Below are positions 44,176-53,787 of a stretch of 64,000 nt of DNA, one piece after another. How positions within the stretch are numbered: position 1 is the stretch's first letter; every line of letters begins with the position of its first letter. The notes below the pieces were generated by a model. That model was not told where the DNA came from. It worked only from the letters and a program-made list of their open reading frames with translations, and ran no database searches. The stretch covers positions 1,299 to 65,298 of the forward strand of contig DASZUK010000004.1 in assembly GCA_035547695.1 (NCBI GenBank). Direction: 5' to 3'. Source of the DNA: Acidimicrobiales bacterium. Lineage in GTDB: Bacteria > Actinomycetota > Acidimicrobiia > Acidimicrobiales > RAAP-2. The translations under genes and the position numbers were made by a program.

Positions 44176-44610
44176 GTGGCCGCAGGAGCAGCAGGGGAGG
44201 GGGCACCGTTGACAGCCCGCCGGTTGGGCGAGCTGTCGCGGGCCGCGGTCAAGGCCAAGGACCGGGAGGGGTGGCTCGACCTGTTCGCCGCCGACGGCAT
44301 CGTCCAGGACCCCATCGGGCCGTCCCCGTTCGACCCCGAGGGCCACGGCCACCGCGGCCGCGACGCCATCGCCGCCTTCTACGACAACGTCATCGCCGGC
44401 AGCGACGCGGTGGACTTCGACATGCAGGAGTCCTTCCTGTGCGGCGACGAGGCCGCCGCCGTCGGCACCATCAGGACCACCCTGGCCGGCGGCGCCCACG
44501 TCGCCGTGGTCCGGTGCATCTTCACCTACCGGGCCACCCCCGACGGCAAGCTGGCGTCGCTGCGGTCCTACTGGGAGTTCGACCAGCTTCAGTTGGTGGA
44601 GGTCAACTGA
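44176..44610 (+). CDS. NTF2-like / ketosteroid-isomerase-fold protein
   Basis: An AAAGGAG SD lies 5 nt before GTG 44176; the track start is 44170. Motifs: REGWLDLFAADGIVQDPIG and SYWEF. Confidence 0.72.
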   Translation: MAAGAAGEGAPLTARRLGELSRAAVKAKDREGWLDLFAADGIVQDPIGPSPFDPEGHGHRGRDAIAAFYDNVIAGSDAVDFDMQESFLCGDEAAAVGTIRTTLAGGAHVAVVRCIFTYRATPDGKLASLRSYWEFDQLQLVEVN

Positions 44611-45550
44611 CCAGGACGATCTTGCCGAACTTGTGACCGGCGGCGAACCGGTCGTAGGCGGCCTCGGCGTCGGCCATGGCGAAGGTGTCGCACACCGGCA
44701 CGGCGATGCGGCCGTCGGCCAGCAGCGGGGCCACGTGCCGCTCCAGGCCTCGCACCACCGCGGCCTTGCCCGGCCGGTCCCGGCCCCGCAGGGTGGACGC
44801 CGAGATCCGGGCGCGCAACCCCATCAGCCGCCGCAGGTCGACCTCCGTCTTCGCCCCGCTGCCGGCCACCCCGATCACCACCACCCGGCCGCCGGTGGCC
44901 AGCGCCCCGAGCGCCGCCGGCAGGGTGGCCGCACCGACCAGCTCCAGCACCACGTCGTAGGGGCCGTGGTCGGCGATGGCCGCCGGGTCGATCACCTCGT
45001 CGGCCCCCAGCTCGGCCACCTGGTCCCGGGCCGCCTCGGCCCGCACCGCCGCCACCACGTGGGCCCCGGTGCCCCGGGCAAGCTGCACCCCGGCGGTCCC
45101 CACCCCGCCGGCCGCCCCGGTGACCAGCACCCGCTCGCCCATGGCCAGCCCGGCCTGGGTGAACAGGGCGTCGTGGGCGGTGGCGAACACCTCCGGGAAC
45201 CCGCCGGCCTCCGCCCAACCCAGCCGGTCCGGCACCGCCAGCACGTGGGTCTCGTCCACCACCGCCAGGGTGGCCTGGGCGCCGCCGCCGACCAGCCCCA
45301 TCACCCGGTCACCGACCGCGAACCGGGTCACCTGCCGCCCGGCGGCCGCCACCACCCCGGCCAGCTCCATCCCCGGGATGTCCGGCGGCGATCCCGGCGG
45401 CGCCGGGTACCGGCCCCGCCGCTGCAGCATGTCCGCCCCGTTCAGCCCGGCCCCGCGGACGTCCACCAGCAGCTCCGTGTCCCCCGGCACCGGGTCCGGC
45501 CGCTCCTCCCAACCCAGGGTCTCGTCGTCGTGGACCACCACCGCCTGCAC
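44603..45550 (-). CDS. NADPH:quinone oxidoreductase (zeta-crystallin-type MDR)
   Basis: 315-aa ORF with GAAGGVGTAGVQLA and a C-terminal GKIVL. Confidence 0.88.
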   Translation of the reverse strand: MQAVVVHDDETLGWEERPDPVPGDTELLVDVRGAGLNGADMLQRRGRYPAPPGSPPDIPGMELAGVVAAAGRQVTRFAVGDRVMGLVGGGAQATLAVVDETHVLAVPDRLGWAEAGGFPEVFATAHDALFTQAGLAMGERVLVTGAAGGVGTAGVQLARGTGAHVVAAVRAEAARDQVAELGADEVIDPAAIADHGPYDVVLELVGAATLPAALGALATGGRVVVIGVAGSGAKTEVDLRRLMGLRARISASTLRGRDRPGKAAVVRGLERHVAPLLADGRIAVPVCDTFAMADAEAAYDRFAAGHKFGKIVLVS

Positions 45551-45566
45551 GTCGGCCCTCCTTGCC

Positions 45567-46397
45567 TCAGCCTCGGTCGAAGAAGTCCAGCAACACCGGC
45601 AGCACCGCGTCGGGGTCCTCCAGCGGGCCCAGGTGCCCGCAGCCGGGGATCTCCACGTACCGCGCTCCCGGGATGGCCTCGGCCACCTCCCGCCCCAGCG
45701 CCGGCGGCGTCACCAGGTCGTGCTGGAACGCCACCACCAGCGACGGCACCCGGACCCCGGCCAGGGCCTCCAGCCGGCCGTCGTAGGCCAGGTCCGCCGC
45801 GTACTGCCCCTCCGCCCCCGGTCCGTCCCACGGCGGGGCCGCCGCCATCAGCTCCAGCCACGGCCCGATGAACCCGTCGTCCAACTGCCGGGCCGGGCTG
45901 ACCACCTGCATGGCCGTCGTCACCGCCTCCAGCCGTGCCGGCAGCGCCGTCCCGGACCGGACCAGCTCCAGGTGGGCCTCTGCCGAGGCCCGCATCAGCG
46001 CGTTGGTCCGTCCCACCGTCCCCATCATCACCGCCCCACGCACCAGCTCCGGCCGGGCCAGGGCCAGCTCCTGGGCGATCGTGGCCCCCAACGACAGCCC
46101 GGCCACCCAGCACGGCCCGATCGCCAGCGCCTCGACCAGCCCGGCGGCGTCCGCCGCCATGTCCATGACCGAGTACGGCGGCGGCGGCGCCTCGGAGGGG
46201 TCCACGCCGCGGTTGTCGAACGTCACCACCGGGTGGCCGGCCGCCAGCAGCGCCGGCCCGACGGTCAGCCGCCACGAGATCGCCGGCTGCCCGGTCCCGC
46301 AGACCAGCACCACCGGCGCCTTGTCGCCCTCGCCGGTTCCGGCCGGCCGGTCCACCTGGTAGCTCAGGCGGACGCCGTTGGTGGTGAGCTCGGGCAC
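45567..46397 (-). CDS. alpha/beta-fold hydrolase
   Basis: 276-aa ORF with the nucleophile elbow GLSLG and a C-terminal GCGH histidine region. Confidence 0.88.
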   Translation of the reverse strand: MPELTTNGVRLSYQVDRPAGTGEGDKAPVVLVCGTGQPAISWRLTVGPALLAAGHPVVTFDNRGVDPSEAPPPPYSVMDMAADAAGLVEALAIGPCWVAGLSLGATIAQELALARPELVRGAVMMGTVGRTNALMRASAEAHLELVRSGTALPARLEAVTTAMQVVSPARQLDDGFIGPWLELMAAAPPWDGPGAEGQYAADLAYDGRLEALAGVRVPSLVVAFQHDLVTPPALGREVAEAIPGARYVEIPGCGHLGPLEDPDAVLPVLLDFFDRG

Positions 46398-46497
46398 GGC
46401 CGCCCACGTTACGCCACCCCGCGGTCCGGCCCCCGTTCACGTGCCGTTCACAGCAGCGAAATGGTGGGGCAACGAAGGTTCCGTAACCTGCCCGTCA

Positions 46498-47226
46498 ATG
46501 AGCACAGACCCGCATATGACCGTGTATACGCCGGTGCACACGGCGAGCGCGGTGGCCTACCAGGAGCTGAAGTCCTGGATCCTGATGGGCGAGGTCCCCG
46601 TCGGGGTCCGGCTCCGCGAGGAGCGCATCGCCGACCGTATCGGGGTCTCCCGGACCCCGGTCCGCGAGGCCATGCTCCGCCTCCACGCCGAGCGGTTCCT
46701 GGAGCGCCACGTCGAGGGCGGCTACCGGGTGGCCGTCCTCAGCTCCACCGTGGTCAGCGAGCTCTACGAGGTCCGGCGGGCCCTGGAGCTGTTCGCCCTC
46801 AACCGGGCCACCGACAGCGGCGCGGCCTACGACCGGGACCTGCTGGAGCAGCTCCGGCGGGACTGGACCAGCGTCGACGCCGACGTCGACATCCCCGACC
46901 CCGAGTTCGTGCTGCTGGACGAGGAGTTCCATGGCACCCTGGCCGAGGCGGCCGGCAACCACGAGCTGGCCGACGAGCTCCGCCGGGTGAACGAGCGGAT
47001 CCGGCCGGTGCGGAGCCACGACTTCGTCACCCCCGGCCGGATCGCCGCCACCATCGACGAGCACCTCGACATCCTGTCCGCCGTGCTCGACGGCCTGGAG
47101 GGGAAGGCCTCGTTGCTGCTCGACCGCCACATCCGTGAGTCCCAGGCCATCGCCCAGCAGGCGTCGTCCCTGGCCCTGGAGCGGATGCTCTTGGCCGGGA
47201 CCGGAAAGGGGGCCGAGTACTGGTGA
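46498..47226 (+). CDS. GntR-family regulator (FadR/FCD subfamily)
   Basis: It has the w[34 protein letters not shown] and an FCD-type helical C-terminal domain. Confidence 0.88.
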   Translation: MSTDPHMTVYTPVHTASAVAYQELKSWILMGEVPVGVRLREERIADRIGVSRTPVREAMLRLHAERFLERHVEGGYRVAVLSSTVVSELYEVRRALELFALNRATDSGAAYDRDLLEQLRRDWTSVDADVDIPDPEFVLLDEEFHGTLAEAAGNHELADELRRVNERIRPVRSHDFVTPGRIAATIDEHLDILSAVLDGLEGKASLLLDRHIRESQAIAQQASSLALERMLLAGTGKGAEYW

Positions 47227-49010
47227 ACCCTGCCCCGGTAGGTGCACCGGCCCGGGGGACCCCGGCCGGGACCGCAGGGGGGGAGCAGGCGAGCGGGGGG
47301 GACACCGGGCGGCACGCCGGCACCGAGCTGCTGGCCGTCCGCCACATCACCAAGCGGTTCGGGCCCGTCGTCGCCAACGACGACGTCAGCTTCACCGTCC
47401 GCGCCGGCGAGGTCCACGCCCTGCTCGGTGAGAACGGCGCCGGCAAGAGCACCCTGGTGAAGATGCTGTACGGCGTCTACCACCCCGACGCCGGCGACAT
47501 CGTCGCCCGGGGCCGCCCCGTCAGGGTCCCCTCCCCGGCCGCCGCCCGTGAGCTCGGCCTCGGCATGGTCTTCCAGGACCTCCGCCTGGTCCCCGCCCTC
47601 ACGGTCTGGGAGAACGTCGCCCTGCACGTCCGGCCACCCGGCCGGGTGCTACGGCCCGGGCCGCTGCAGCGGTGGATCGCGGCGTCCTCCGAGCGGTACG
47701 GCCTGGAGGTCGACCCCAGGGCCCGGGTGGCCGACCTGTCCATCGGCGAGTGGCAGCGGGTGGAGCTGCTGAAGGTGCTCCTGGCCGGGGCCGAGGTGCT
47801 CATCCTGGACGAGCCCACCAGCGTGCTCACCCCCCAGGAGGTCGACGCCCTGTTCACCGTCGTCCGCCGGCTGCGGGCCGACGGCACCGGGGTCGTCATC
47901 ATCACCCACAAGATGCGCGAGGTCCGGGACATCGCGGACCGGCTGACCGTGCTGCGCGGCGGCAAGGTCGTCCTGTCCGACGCCGCCACCGGCGACGTCG
48001 ACGACCACGACCTGGTCACCGCCATGGTCGGCGAGGCCGTCCGGCCGACCCAGAACCCCAGGTCCGGCGTTGACGTCGGAGTCGCCGCCCTGCTCCGGGC
48101 CGACGGCCTCTGGCTCACTGGCGTCGGCGAGGGCTCCGGGCTCCGCGGGGTCGACCTCACCGCCGGCGCCGGCGAGATCGTCGGGGTGGCCGGCGTCGCC
48201 GGCAACGGGCAGCAGGAGCTCGTGGACCTCCTCACCGGCGCCGCCACCCCCGACCGCGGGACCGTGGTGGTCGGCGGCCACACCCCGCCCGCCGGCCACC
48301 CCGGGGCGTTCCGGGCGGCCGGCGTGGTGTCGGTGGCGGCCGACCCACTGCGGGAGTTCGTCGTCCCCGGCCTCACCATCGCCGAGCACGCCGCCCTGTG
48401 GGAGGCCGCGGCACGGCGGAACGGGCCATCCGATCGGTCGACAGCCGGGTCGACAGCCCGCCCGGCGGCCCGGCCGGCCGGCCGGGCCGGGCGCCGGCGG
48501 CGGTTCGACACCAAGGGGGCCGGGCGGCGGCTGTCCGACACCGGCCAGCGCCTCGGCCTTCGCCTGGCCCCGGCCGGCCGGCGGCTCGACCGGCTGTCCG
48601 GCGGCAACATCCAGCGGGTCCTGCTGGCCCTGGCCCTCGGCGACCATGCCCGGGTCCTGGTGGCGTCCTACCCCACCCGTGGCCTCGACGTCCGGACCAC
48701 CGAGCTGACCCGGTCCCTGCTCCTCGAGGCCCGGGCAGCCGGCACCGCCGTCGTCCTGGTCTCCGAGGACCTCGACGAGCTGATGACCCTGTCCGACCGC
48801 ATCGTCGTCCTGGCCCACGGCCGGGTCAGCGGCGTGGTGGCCGGCGCCAACGCCGACCGGCGGGCGCTCGGCCGGCTGATGACCGCCACCCCCGAACCTG
48901 CTGCCGCCGCCGGTTCTGGCGCCGCCGGTTCCGCCACCGCCGCCACCGCCGGTTCCGCCGCCGGCGCCGGCGGATCGGACGGCCCGACCCCGCTGGAGGT
49001 GGCCTTGTGA
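47223..49010 (+). CDS. ABC transporter ATP-binding protein, duplicated NBD (BMP/nucleoside-sugar type)
   Basis: The start overlaps the gntR stop as GTGA. Motifs: [25 protein letters not shown] and the second-domain LSGGNIQRV. Confidence 0.9.
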   Translation: MNPAPVGAPARGTPAGTAGGEQASGGDTGRHAGTELLAVRHITKRFGPVVANDDVSFTVRAGEVHALLGENGAGKSTLVKMLYGVYHPDAGDIVARGRPVRVPSPAAARELGLGMVFQDLRLVPALTVWENVALHVRPPGRVLRPGPLQRWIAASSERYGLEVDPRARVADLSIGEWQRVELLKVLLAGAEVLILDEPTSVLTPQEVDALFTVVRRLRADGTGVVIITHKMREVRDIADRLTVLRGGKVVLSDAATGDVDDHDLVTAMVGEAVRPTQNPRSGVDVGVAALLRADGLWLTGVGEGSGLRGVDLTAGAGEIVGVAGVAGNGQQELVDLLTGAATPDRGTVVVGGHTPPAGHPGAFRAAGVVSVAADPLREFVVPGLTIAEHAALWEAAARRNGPSDRSTAGSTARPAARPAGRAGRRRRFDTKGAGRRLSDTGQRLGLRLAPAGRRLDRLSGGNIQRVLLALALGDHARVLVASYPTRGLDVRTTELTRSLLLEARAAGTAVVLVSEDLDELMTLSDRIVVLAHGRVSGVVAGANADRRALGRLMTATPEPAAAAGSGAAGSATAATAGSAAGAGGSDGPTPLEVAL

Positions 49011-50095
49011 CCGTCGCCCCCCTCGTCGAGCTGCCGGCCTCCCCGGCCGACCGTCCGTGGCAGCGGCTGGCCGCCCGGATCGACCTCCGCCGGGTGGCCG
49101 TCGTCGTCGGCACCTACCTGGCCGTCCTGGCCGTCTTCGCCGTCGTGCTGGCCCTGCGCGGCACCAACCCGTTCGCCGTGCTCGGCACCATGATCGACAC
49201 CACCCTCCTCAACTGGGGCGCCCTGCAGCAGACCATCCTCCGGGCCGTGCCGCTGTCCATGGCCGCCCTGGCCGTCGCCATCCCCGCCCGGGCCGGCATG
49301 GTGAACGTCGGTGGCGAGGGCCAGCTCATCATGGGGGCGGTCGCCGCCGCCGGCATGGGCATGGTGGTGGGCGCCACCTGGCCCGGCCCCCTGGCCTGGC
49401 TGGTGATGGCCCTGGCCGGCGCCGGTGCCGGGGCCATCTGGGCCGGCATCGCCGGCCTGCTGCGCACCGTCCTCGACGCCAACGAGGCGGTCACCACCCT
49501 GCTGATGAACTTCGTGGCCAACGACCTGATGCTCTTCCTCATCTACCAGCCCTGGAAGTACGCCCAGGGCTCCGGGCAGCCCGAGAGCGCCCCGCTGGCC
49601 ACAACCGCCCACCTGCCCCGGCTGTTCGCCAGCGACCTCAACCTCGGGGTCATCATCGCCCTGGTCGTCGCCCTCGGCGTCTGGGTCCTGCTGCGCCGCA
49701 GTGGGTGGGGGTTCGCCCTCCGGGTGGTCGGCGGCAACCGCGAGGCCGCCCGCCGCTCCGGCCTGCCAGTCCGCCGCCTGATGCTGTCCGCCATGGCCGT
49801 CGGCGGCGCCCTGGCCGGCATCGGCGGCATGCTCAACTTCGCCGGCCTCGAGTTCCAGTTGCGCCCCGACATCACCGCCACCTTCGGCTACGTCGGCTTC
49901 CTGGCCAGCTTCCTCGGCCGCCACGACCCGCCCAAGGTGGTGGGCGCCGCCCTGCTGTTCGCCGCCATCGCCGTCAGCGGCAACGGCGTCCAACTGACCT
50001 ACGGCCTCGACGGTGCGGTGGTGGACGTCCTGCTCGGCCTCATCGTCGTCGCCCCCCTGGTGCTCTCCCGAGGGGCGCGGAGGGCGGCGGGATGA
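49007..50095 (+). CDS. ABC transporter permease (BPD_transp_2 type)
   Basis: The start overlaps the preceding stop as GTGA. It is polytopic, with [12 protein letters not shown] and [15 protein letters not shown]. Confidence 0.88.
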   Translation: MTVAPLVELPASPADRPWQRLAARIDLRRVAVVVGTYLAVLAVFAVVLALRGTNPFAVLGTMIDTTLLNWGALQQTILRAVPLSMAALAVAIPARAGMVNVGGEGQLIMGAVAAAGMGMVVGATWPGPLAWLVMALAGAGAGAIWAGIAGLLRTVLDANEAVTTLLMNFVANDLMLFLIYQPWKYAQGSGQPESAPLATTAHLPRLFASDLNLGVIIALVVALGVWVLLRRSGWGFALRVVGGNREAARRSGLPVRRLMLSAMAVGGALAGIGGMLNFAGLEFQLRPDITATFGYVGFLASFLGRHDPPKVVGAALLFAAIAVSGNGVQLTYGLDGAVVDVLLGLIVVAPLVLSRGARRAAG

Positions 50096-50144
50096 CCGGC
50101 GGCCGGACGGCCCGGAGGACCCAGCGGGCCCGGAGGGGGCCAGC

Positions 50145-51056
50145 GTGAACGGCATCCAGGAGACCCTGATCGGCGGGGTGGCCGGCGGCACCGCCATCCT
50201 GATCCCCGCCCTGGGCGAGCTCGTCGGCGAGCGGGCCGGCGTCGTCAACCTGGGGATGGAGGGCTGCATGCTGAGCGGCGCCCTCGGCGCCTACGCCGTG
50301 GCCGTCGCCACCGGCAGCGCCTGGATCGGGCTCCTCGGCGGGCTGGCCGCCGGTGCCGCCTGCGGCCTGCTGCACGCCTGGATGGTCGTCGTCCGCCGGG
50401 CCGACCAGTTGGCCAGCGGCCTCGTGGTCTGGTTCCTGGCCCTCGGGGTGACCTCGGTCTTCGGCACCGGCTACGTCGACGACACCGTCACACCGCTGCC
50501 CACCCTCACCGTTCCCGGGCTCGGCCACCTCCCCTTCGTCGGCCCCGTCCTCTTCCAGCAGGACGCCCTCGTCTACGTCGCCCTGGTCCTCGTCCCGGTG
50601 CTCTGGTTCCTGCTCTACCGCACCCGCCTCGGCCTGGTGCTCCGGGCCACCGGCGAGCGGCCGGAGGTGGTCGGGGCGGCCGGCGGCCATCCGACGGCGG
50701 TGCAGATCCTCGCCGTCACCGCCGGCGCCGCCCTGGGCGGCCTGGGCGGGGCCCAACTGTCGGTGGCCTACGTCGGCAACTGGTTCAACGACATGACCAG
50801 CGGCTATGGGTTCGTGGCGGTGGCCGTCGTCCTCTTCGCCGCCTGGCGGCCCTTCGCCGTGCTGGCCGGCGCCCTGCTCTTCGGCGTCGCCCTGGCCGCG
50901 GCGTCCGTCCTCCAAGCCCACGGGGTGGCCGTCAACCAGTACCTGCTGGACGCCATGCCGTACCTGGTCACCCTGCTCGCCTTCGTCACCTTCGCCCGAA
51001 AGGGGAGTGCCGAGGCGCCCGAAGGTCTCCGCCGGGCCCTCACCAACTCCGCCTGA
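50145..51056 (+). CDS. ABC transporter permease, second subunit
   Basis: A GGAGGGGG SD precedes GTG 50145. Motifs: VVNLGMEGCMLSGA and LRATGERPEVVGAAG. Confidence 0.85.
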   Translation: MNGIQETLIGGVAGGTAILIPALGELVGERAGVVNLGMEGCMLSGALGAYAVAVATGSAWIGLLGGLAAGAACGLLHAWMVVVRRADQLASGLVVWFLALGVTSVFGTGYVDDTVTPLPTLTVPGLGHLPFVGPVLFQQDALVYVALVLVPVLWFLLYRTRLGLVLRATGERPEVVGAAGGHPTAVQILAVTAGAALGGLGGAQLSVAYVGNWFNDMTSGYGFVAVAVVLFAAWRPFAVLAGALLFGVALAAASVLQAHGVAVNQYLLDAMPYLVTLLAFVTFARKGSAEAPEGLRRALTNSA

Positions 51057-51208
51057 TCCCTGCTCCTGCCCGCCTCGCGCGAGCCACGTCCTGGCGGACG
51101 TCGTGGCCTCGCCTACCCCGGATCCGCCCGACACGACCACAACCGACCAACCCACAGGCAACCCGACAACCGATCTCGTCCTCGCCCGCGAGGAACAGGA
51201 GGAAACGC

Positions 51209-52360
51209 ATGTCCTTCCGACCAACCTTCCGACGGCTGCTGGCCGGCGCCGCGGCGCTCGCCATGGCCCTGCCCGGCGTCGTCGCCGTCACGGCCTCCTC
51301 GACCGGGACGGCCGGCGCGGCCACCGGCAAGACCGTGGTGGGCTTCATCATGGTCGGCTCCCGGGCCGACTACGGCTACAACCAGGCCGTCTACGAGGGC
51401 AGCCAGTCGGTGGCCAAGACCATGAAGAACGTCAAGGTCATCACCGCCGACAACATCCCCGAGAACGAGTCGGTCACCCAGACCATGCAGGCCATGGTCA
51501 GCCAGGGGGCCAAGGTCATCTTCGCCACCAGCTACGGCTACTACTCCTACGCCCTGGCCTTCGCCAAGGCCCATCCCACAGTCATCGTCCTCCACCAGGG
51601 CGGTTACCTGACAGGGACGTTCCCGGCCAACTTCGGCACCTACTGGGGCGAGGCCTTCGAGCCGGTGAGCCTCGGCGGCATGGCCGCGGGGGCGGTGACC
51701 AAGACCGACAAGCTCGGCTTCGTCTACGCCTTCCCGATCAGCCAGACCATCGCCAACATCGACGCCTTCGAGCTCGGCGCCCAGATGACCAACCCCAAGG
51801 CCAAGACCTACCTGGTCAACACCTCCACATGGTGCAACCCGCTGAAGCAGAAGGAAGCGGCCTCGGCCCTGCTGTCCGAGGGCGCCGACGTCCTCACCCA
51901 GCACCAGGACTGCCAGGCCACCGTCGTCGACGCCGCCAAGGCCAAGCACGCCTACGTCGTCGGCTACCACTACGACGCCCAGTCCCTCGACCCCAGCGGT
52001 TGGCTGACCGGCTCGGAGTGGAACTGGGCGCCGGTCTACAAGGCCATCATCACCACGGCGATGGCCGGCAAGTTCACCGGCAGCAAGTACAACGCCAACT
52101 GGGTCGGCACCTACGCCACAAAGGACAACCCCCTCCAGTTGGCCCCGTTCGGCTCCTCGGTGAAGCCGGCCGTCCGGACCAAGATCCTGGCCGAGGAGAA
52201 GAAGCTGCAGCAGCCCGGGGCCTCGGTGTTCAAGGGCCCCATCACCTGCCAGGACGGCAAGATCCTGTACCCGGCCGGCACCACCCCGACCTACGCCCAG
52301 ATCAACACAATCAAGTGCCTCGTCAAGGGCGTCGTCGGCACCCTGCCGTCCACAACATGA
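51209..52360 (+). CDS. BMP-family (basic membrane protein / PnrA-like) substrate-binding protein
   Basis: 383-aa ORF with a signal peptide and an AGGAGG SD. It has VGFIMVGSRADYGYNQAVYEG, typical of Bmp nucleoside/purine-type binders. Confidence 0.88.
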   Translation: MSFRPTFRRLLAGAAALAMALPGVVAVTASSTGTAGAATGKTVVGFIMVGSRADYGYNQAVYEGSQSVAKTMKNVKVITADNIPENESVTQTMQAMVSQGAKVIFATSYGYYSYALAFAKAHPTVIVLHQGGYLTGTFPANFGTYWGEAFEPVSLGGMAAGAVTKTDKLGFVYAFPISQTIANIDAFELGAQMTNPKAKTYLVNTSTWCNPLKQKEAASALLSEGADVLTQHQDCQATVVDAAKAKHAYVVGYHYDAQSLDPSGWLTGSEWNWAPVYKAIITTAMAGKFTGSKYNANWVGTYATKDNPLQLAPFGSSVKPAVRTKILAEEKKLQQPGASVFKGPITCQDGKILYPAGTTPTYAQINTIKCLVKGVVGTLPSTT

Positions 52361-53787
52361 CGCCGACGGTCGACGCGCTGCCGTACCGCTGGCCGTGGCA
52401 CGGCGCCCTGGAGCCGGGCCGTACCGCGCTGGTGGTCCACCGACACCGCCGTTGGCGGCCCGGTGGCGTGGCGCCCGCCGACCCCGACCGCCGCCTCGCC
52501 TCCCTGGCCGACGCCCTGGCGTCGGCCGGGGGGCGGGTGGTGGTCGTCACCGACGTGGCCGCTCCCGGCTGTGGCCAGGCCGGCGGGGACCAGGTCACGA
52601 CCGCCGCCGACCGGCCCCCCGGGGCCGTCGAGGTGCCGGTTCCCGGTGTCGACGGGTTCTTCGGCTCCGCCCTCCACTCCGTACTCCGCCGGCTCGGCGT
52701 CACCGACCTGCTGGTGGCCGGGTGGGGCCTCGAGGGGCCGGTCCACTCCACCCTGCGTTCTGCCAACGACCGCGGCTACGAGTGCCTCCTGGTCCCCGAC
52801 GCCTGCACCGCCGTCGACCCCGACCTCGTCGCCGGGGCCTGCTCCACCGTGACCATGTCCGGCGGCATCTTCGGGGCCCACGCCCCCACTGCCGCCGTCC
52901 TCGCCGTCCTCGCCGCACTCGCCGCAGCGCCGTCCCCGGCCGCCCCGCCGGTCCTGCCGGGCGGGGTGCCGGGCGGGGTGCCGGCCGGCGGGCACCAATC
53001 CGACCACGTCCCACCCGCCGGAGCCCCGACCGGCGAGAAGGAGGCTCCTGTGAGCACCCCCATCCCCGACCGACCCGTCTTCGACCGGCCCGGTCCCGTC
53101 GCCGCCCAGCCGTATCCGTGGCCCTTCGACGGCGCCCTCGACCCCGCCCGGACCGCCCTGGTCCTCATCGACTGGCAGGTCGACTTCTGCGGCCCCGGTG
53201 GCTACGTCGACCAGATGGGCTACGACCTGTCCCTCACCCGGGCCGGCCTGGCCCCGACGGCCGTCGTCCTCGACCGGGTCCGCCGGTGGGGGGCCACCGT
53301 CATCCACACCCGGGAGGGGCACCGGCCCGACCTGTCGGACTGCCCCGACAACAAGCGGTGGCGGTCCCGGCGGATCGGCGCCGGCATCGGCGACGCCGGA
53401 CCCTGCGGCCGCATCCTGGTCCGCGGCGAGCCCGGATGGGAGATCGTCCCCGAAGTGGCCCCGATCGACGGGGAGCCGGTGGTGGACAAGCCCGGCAAGG
53501 GCGCCTTCTACGCCACCGACCTCGACCTGCTACTGGCCAACCGGGGCATCACCCACCTGGTGCTCACCGGCATCACCACCGACGTCTGCGTGCACACCAC
53601 CATGCGGGAGGCCAACGACCGCGGCTACGAGTGCCTGCTGCTCTCCGACTGCACCGGCGCCACCGACGTCGGCAACTACGAGGCCGCCCTGAAGATGGTC
53701 ACCATGCAGGGCGGCGTCTTCGGCGCGGTGGCCCCGTCCGCCGCCTTCCTCGCCGCCCTCGACGGCGTCGCCGGGCGGGCGGCGTGA
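52357..53787 (+). CDS. tandem isochorismatase-like (cysteine hydrolase) fusion: degenerate N-domain + intact C-domain
   Basis: The start overlaps the SBP stop as ATGA. There is no in-frame stop for 476 codons. The C-domain has LIDWQVDFC, DKPGKGAFYATDL and GITTDVCVHTTMREANDRGYEC (Asp-Lys-Cys). The N-domain keeps RSANDRGYEC but reads VVHRHRR, VPGVDGFFGS and GWGLEGPVHST at the triad positions. An internal AAGGAGG + GTG lies at 53038-53052. Confidence 0.8.
   Translation: MTPTVDALPYRWPWHGALEPGRTALVVHRHRRWRPGGVAPADPDRRLASLADALASAGGRVVVVTDVAAPGCGQAGGDQVTTAADRPPGAVEVPVPGVDGFFGSALHSVLRRLGVTDLLVAGWGLEGPVHSTLRSANDRGYECLLVPDACTAVDPDLVAGACSTVTMSGGIFGAHAPTAAVLAVLAALAAAPSPAAPPVLPGGVPGGVPAGGHQSDHVPPAGAPTGEKEAPVSTPIPDRPVFDRPGPVAAQPYPWPFDGALDPARTALVLIDWQVDFCGPGGYVDQMGYDLSLTRAGLAPTAVVLDRVRRWGATVIHTREGHRPDLSDCPDNKRWRSRRIGAGIGDAGPCGRILVRGEPGWEIVPEVAPIDGEPVVDKPGKGAFYATDLDLLLANRGITHLVLTGITTDVCVHTTMREANDRGYECLLLSDCTGATDVGNYEAALKMVTMQGGVFGAVAPSAAFLAALDGVAGRAA

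Noticed and set aside
46430-46497. CCGTTCAC direct repeat (CCCGTTCACGTGCCGTTCACAG) as the GntR operator.
   Set aside because: It is only two short 8-mers and does not resemble the usual FadR-type TnGTnnnACnA palindrome. That is too weak to call.
53050-53787. Annotating the second isochorismatase domain as a separate gene.
   Set aside because: There is no stop codon between the two domains in this sequence, so a single CDS is the conservative call. The internal SD + GTG is reported as a finding instead.
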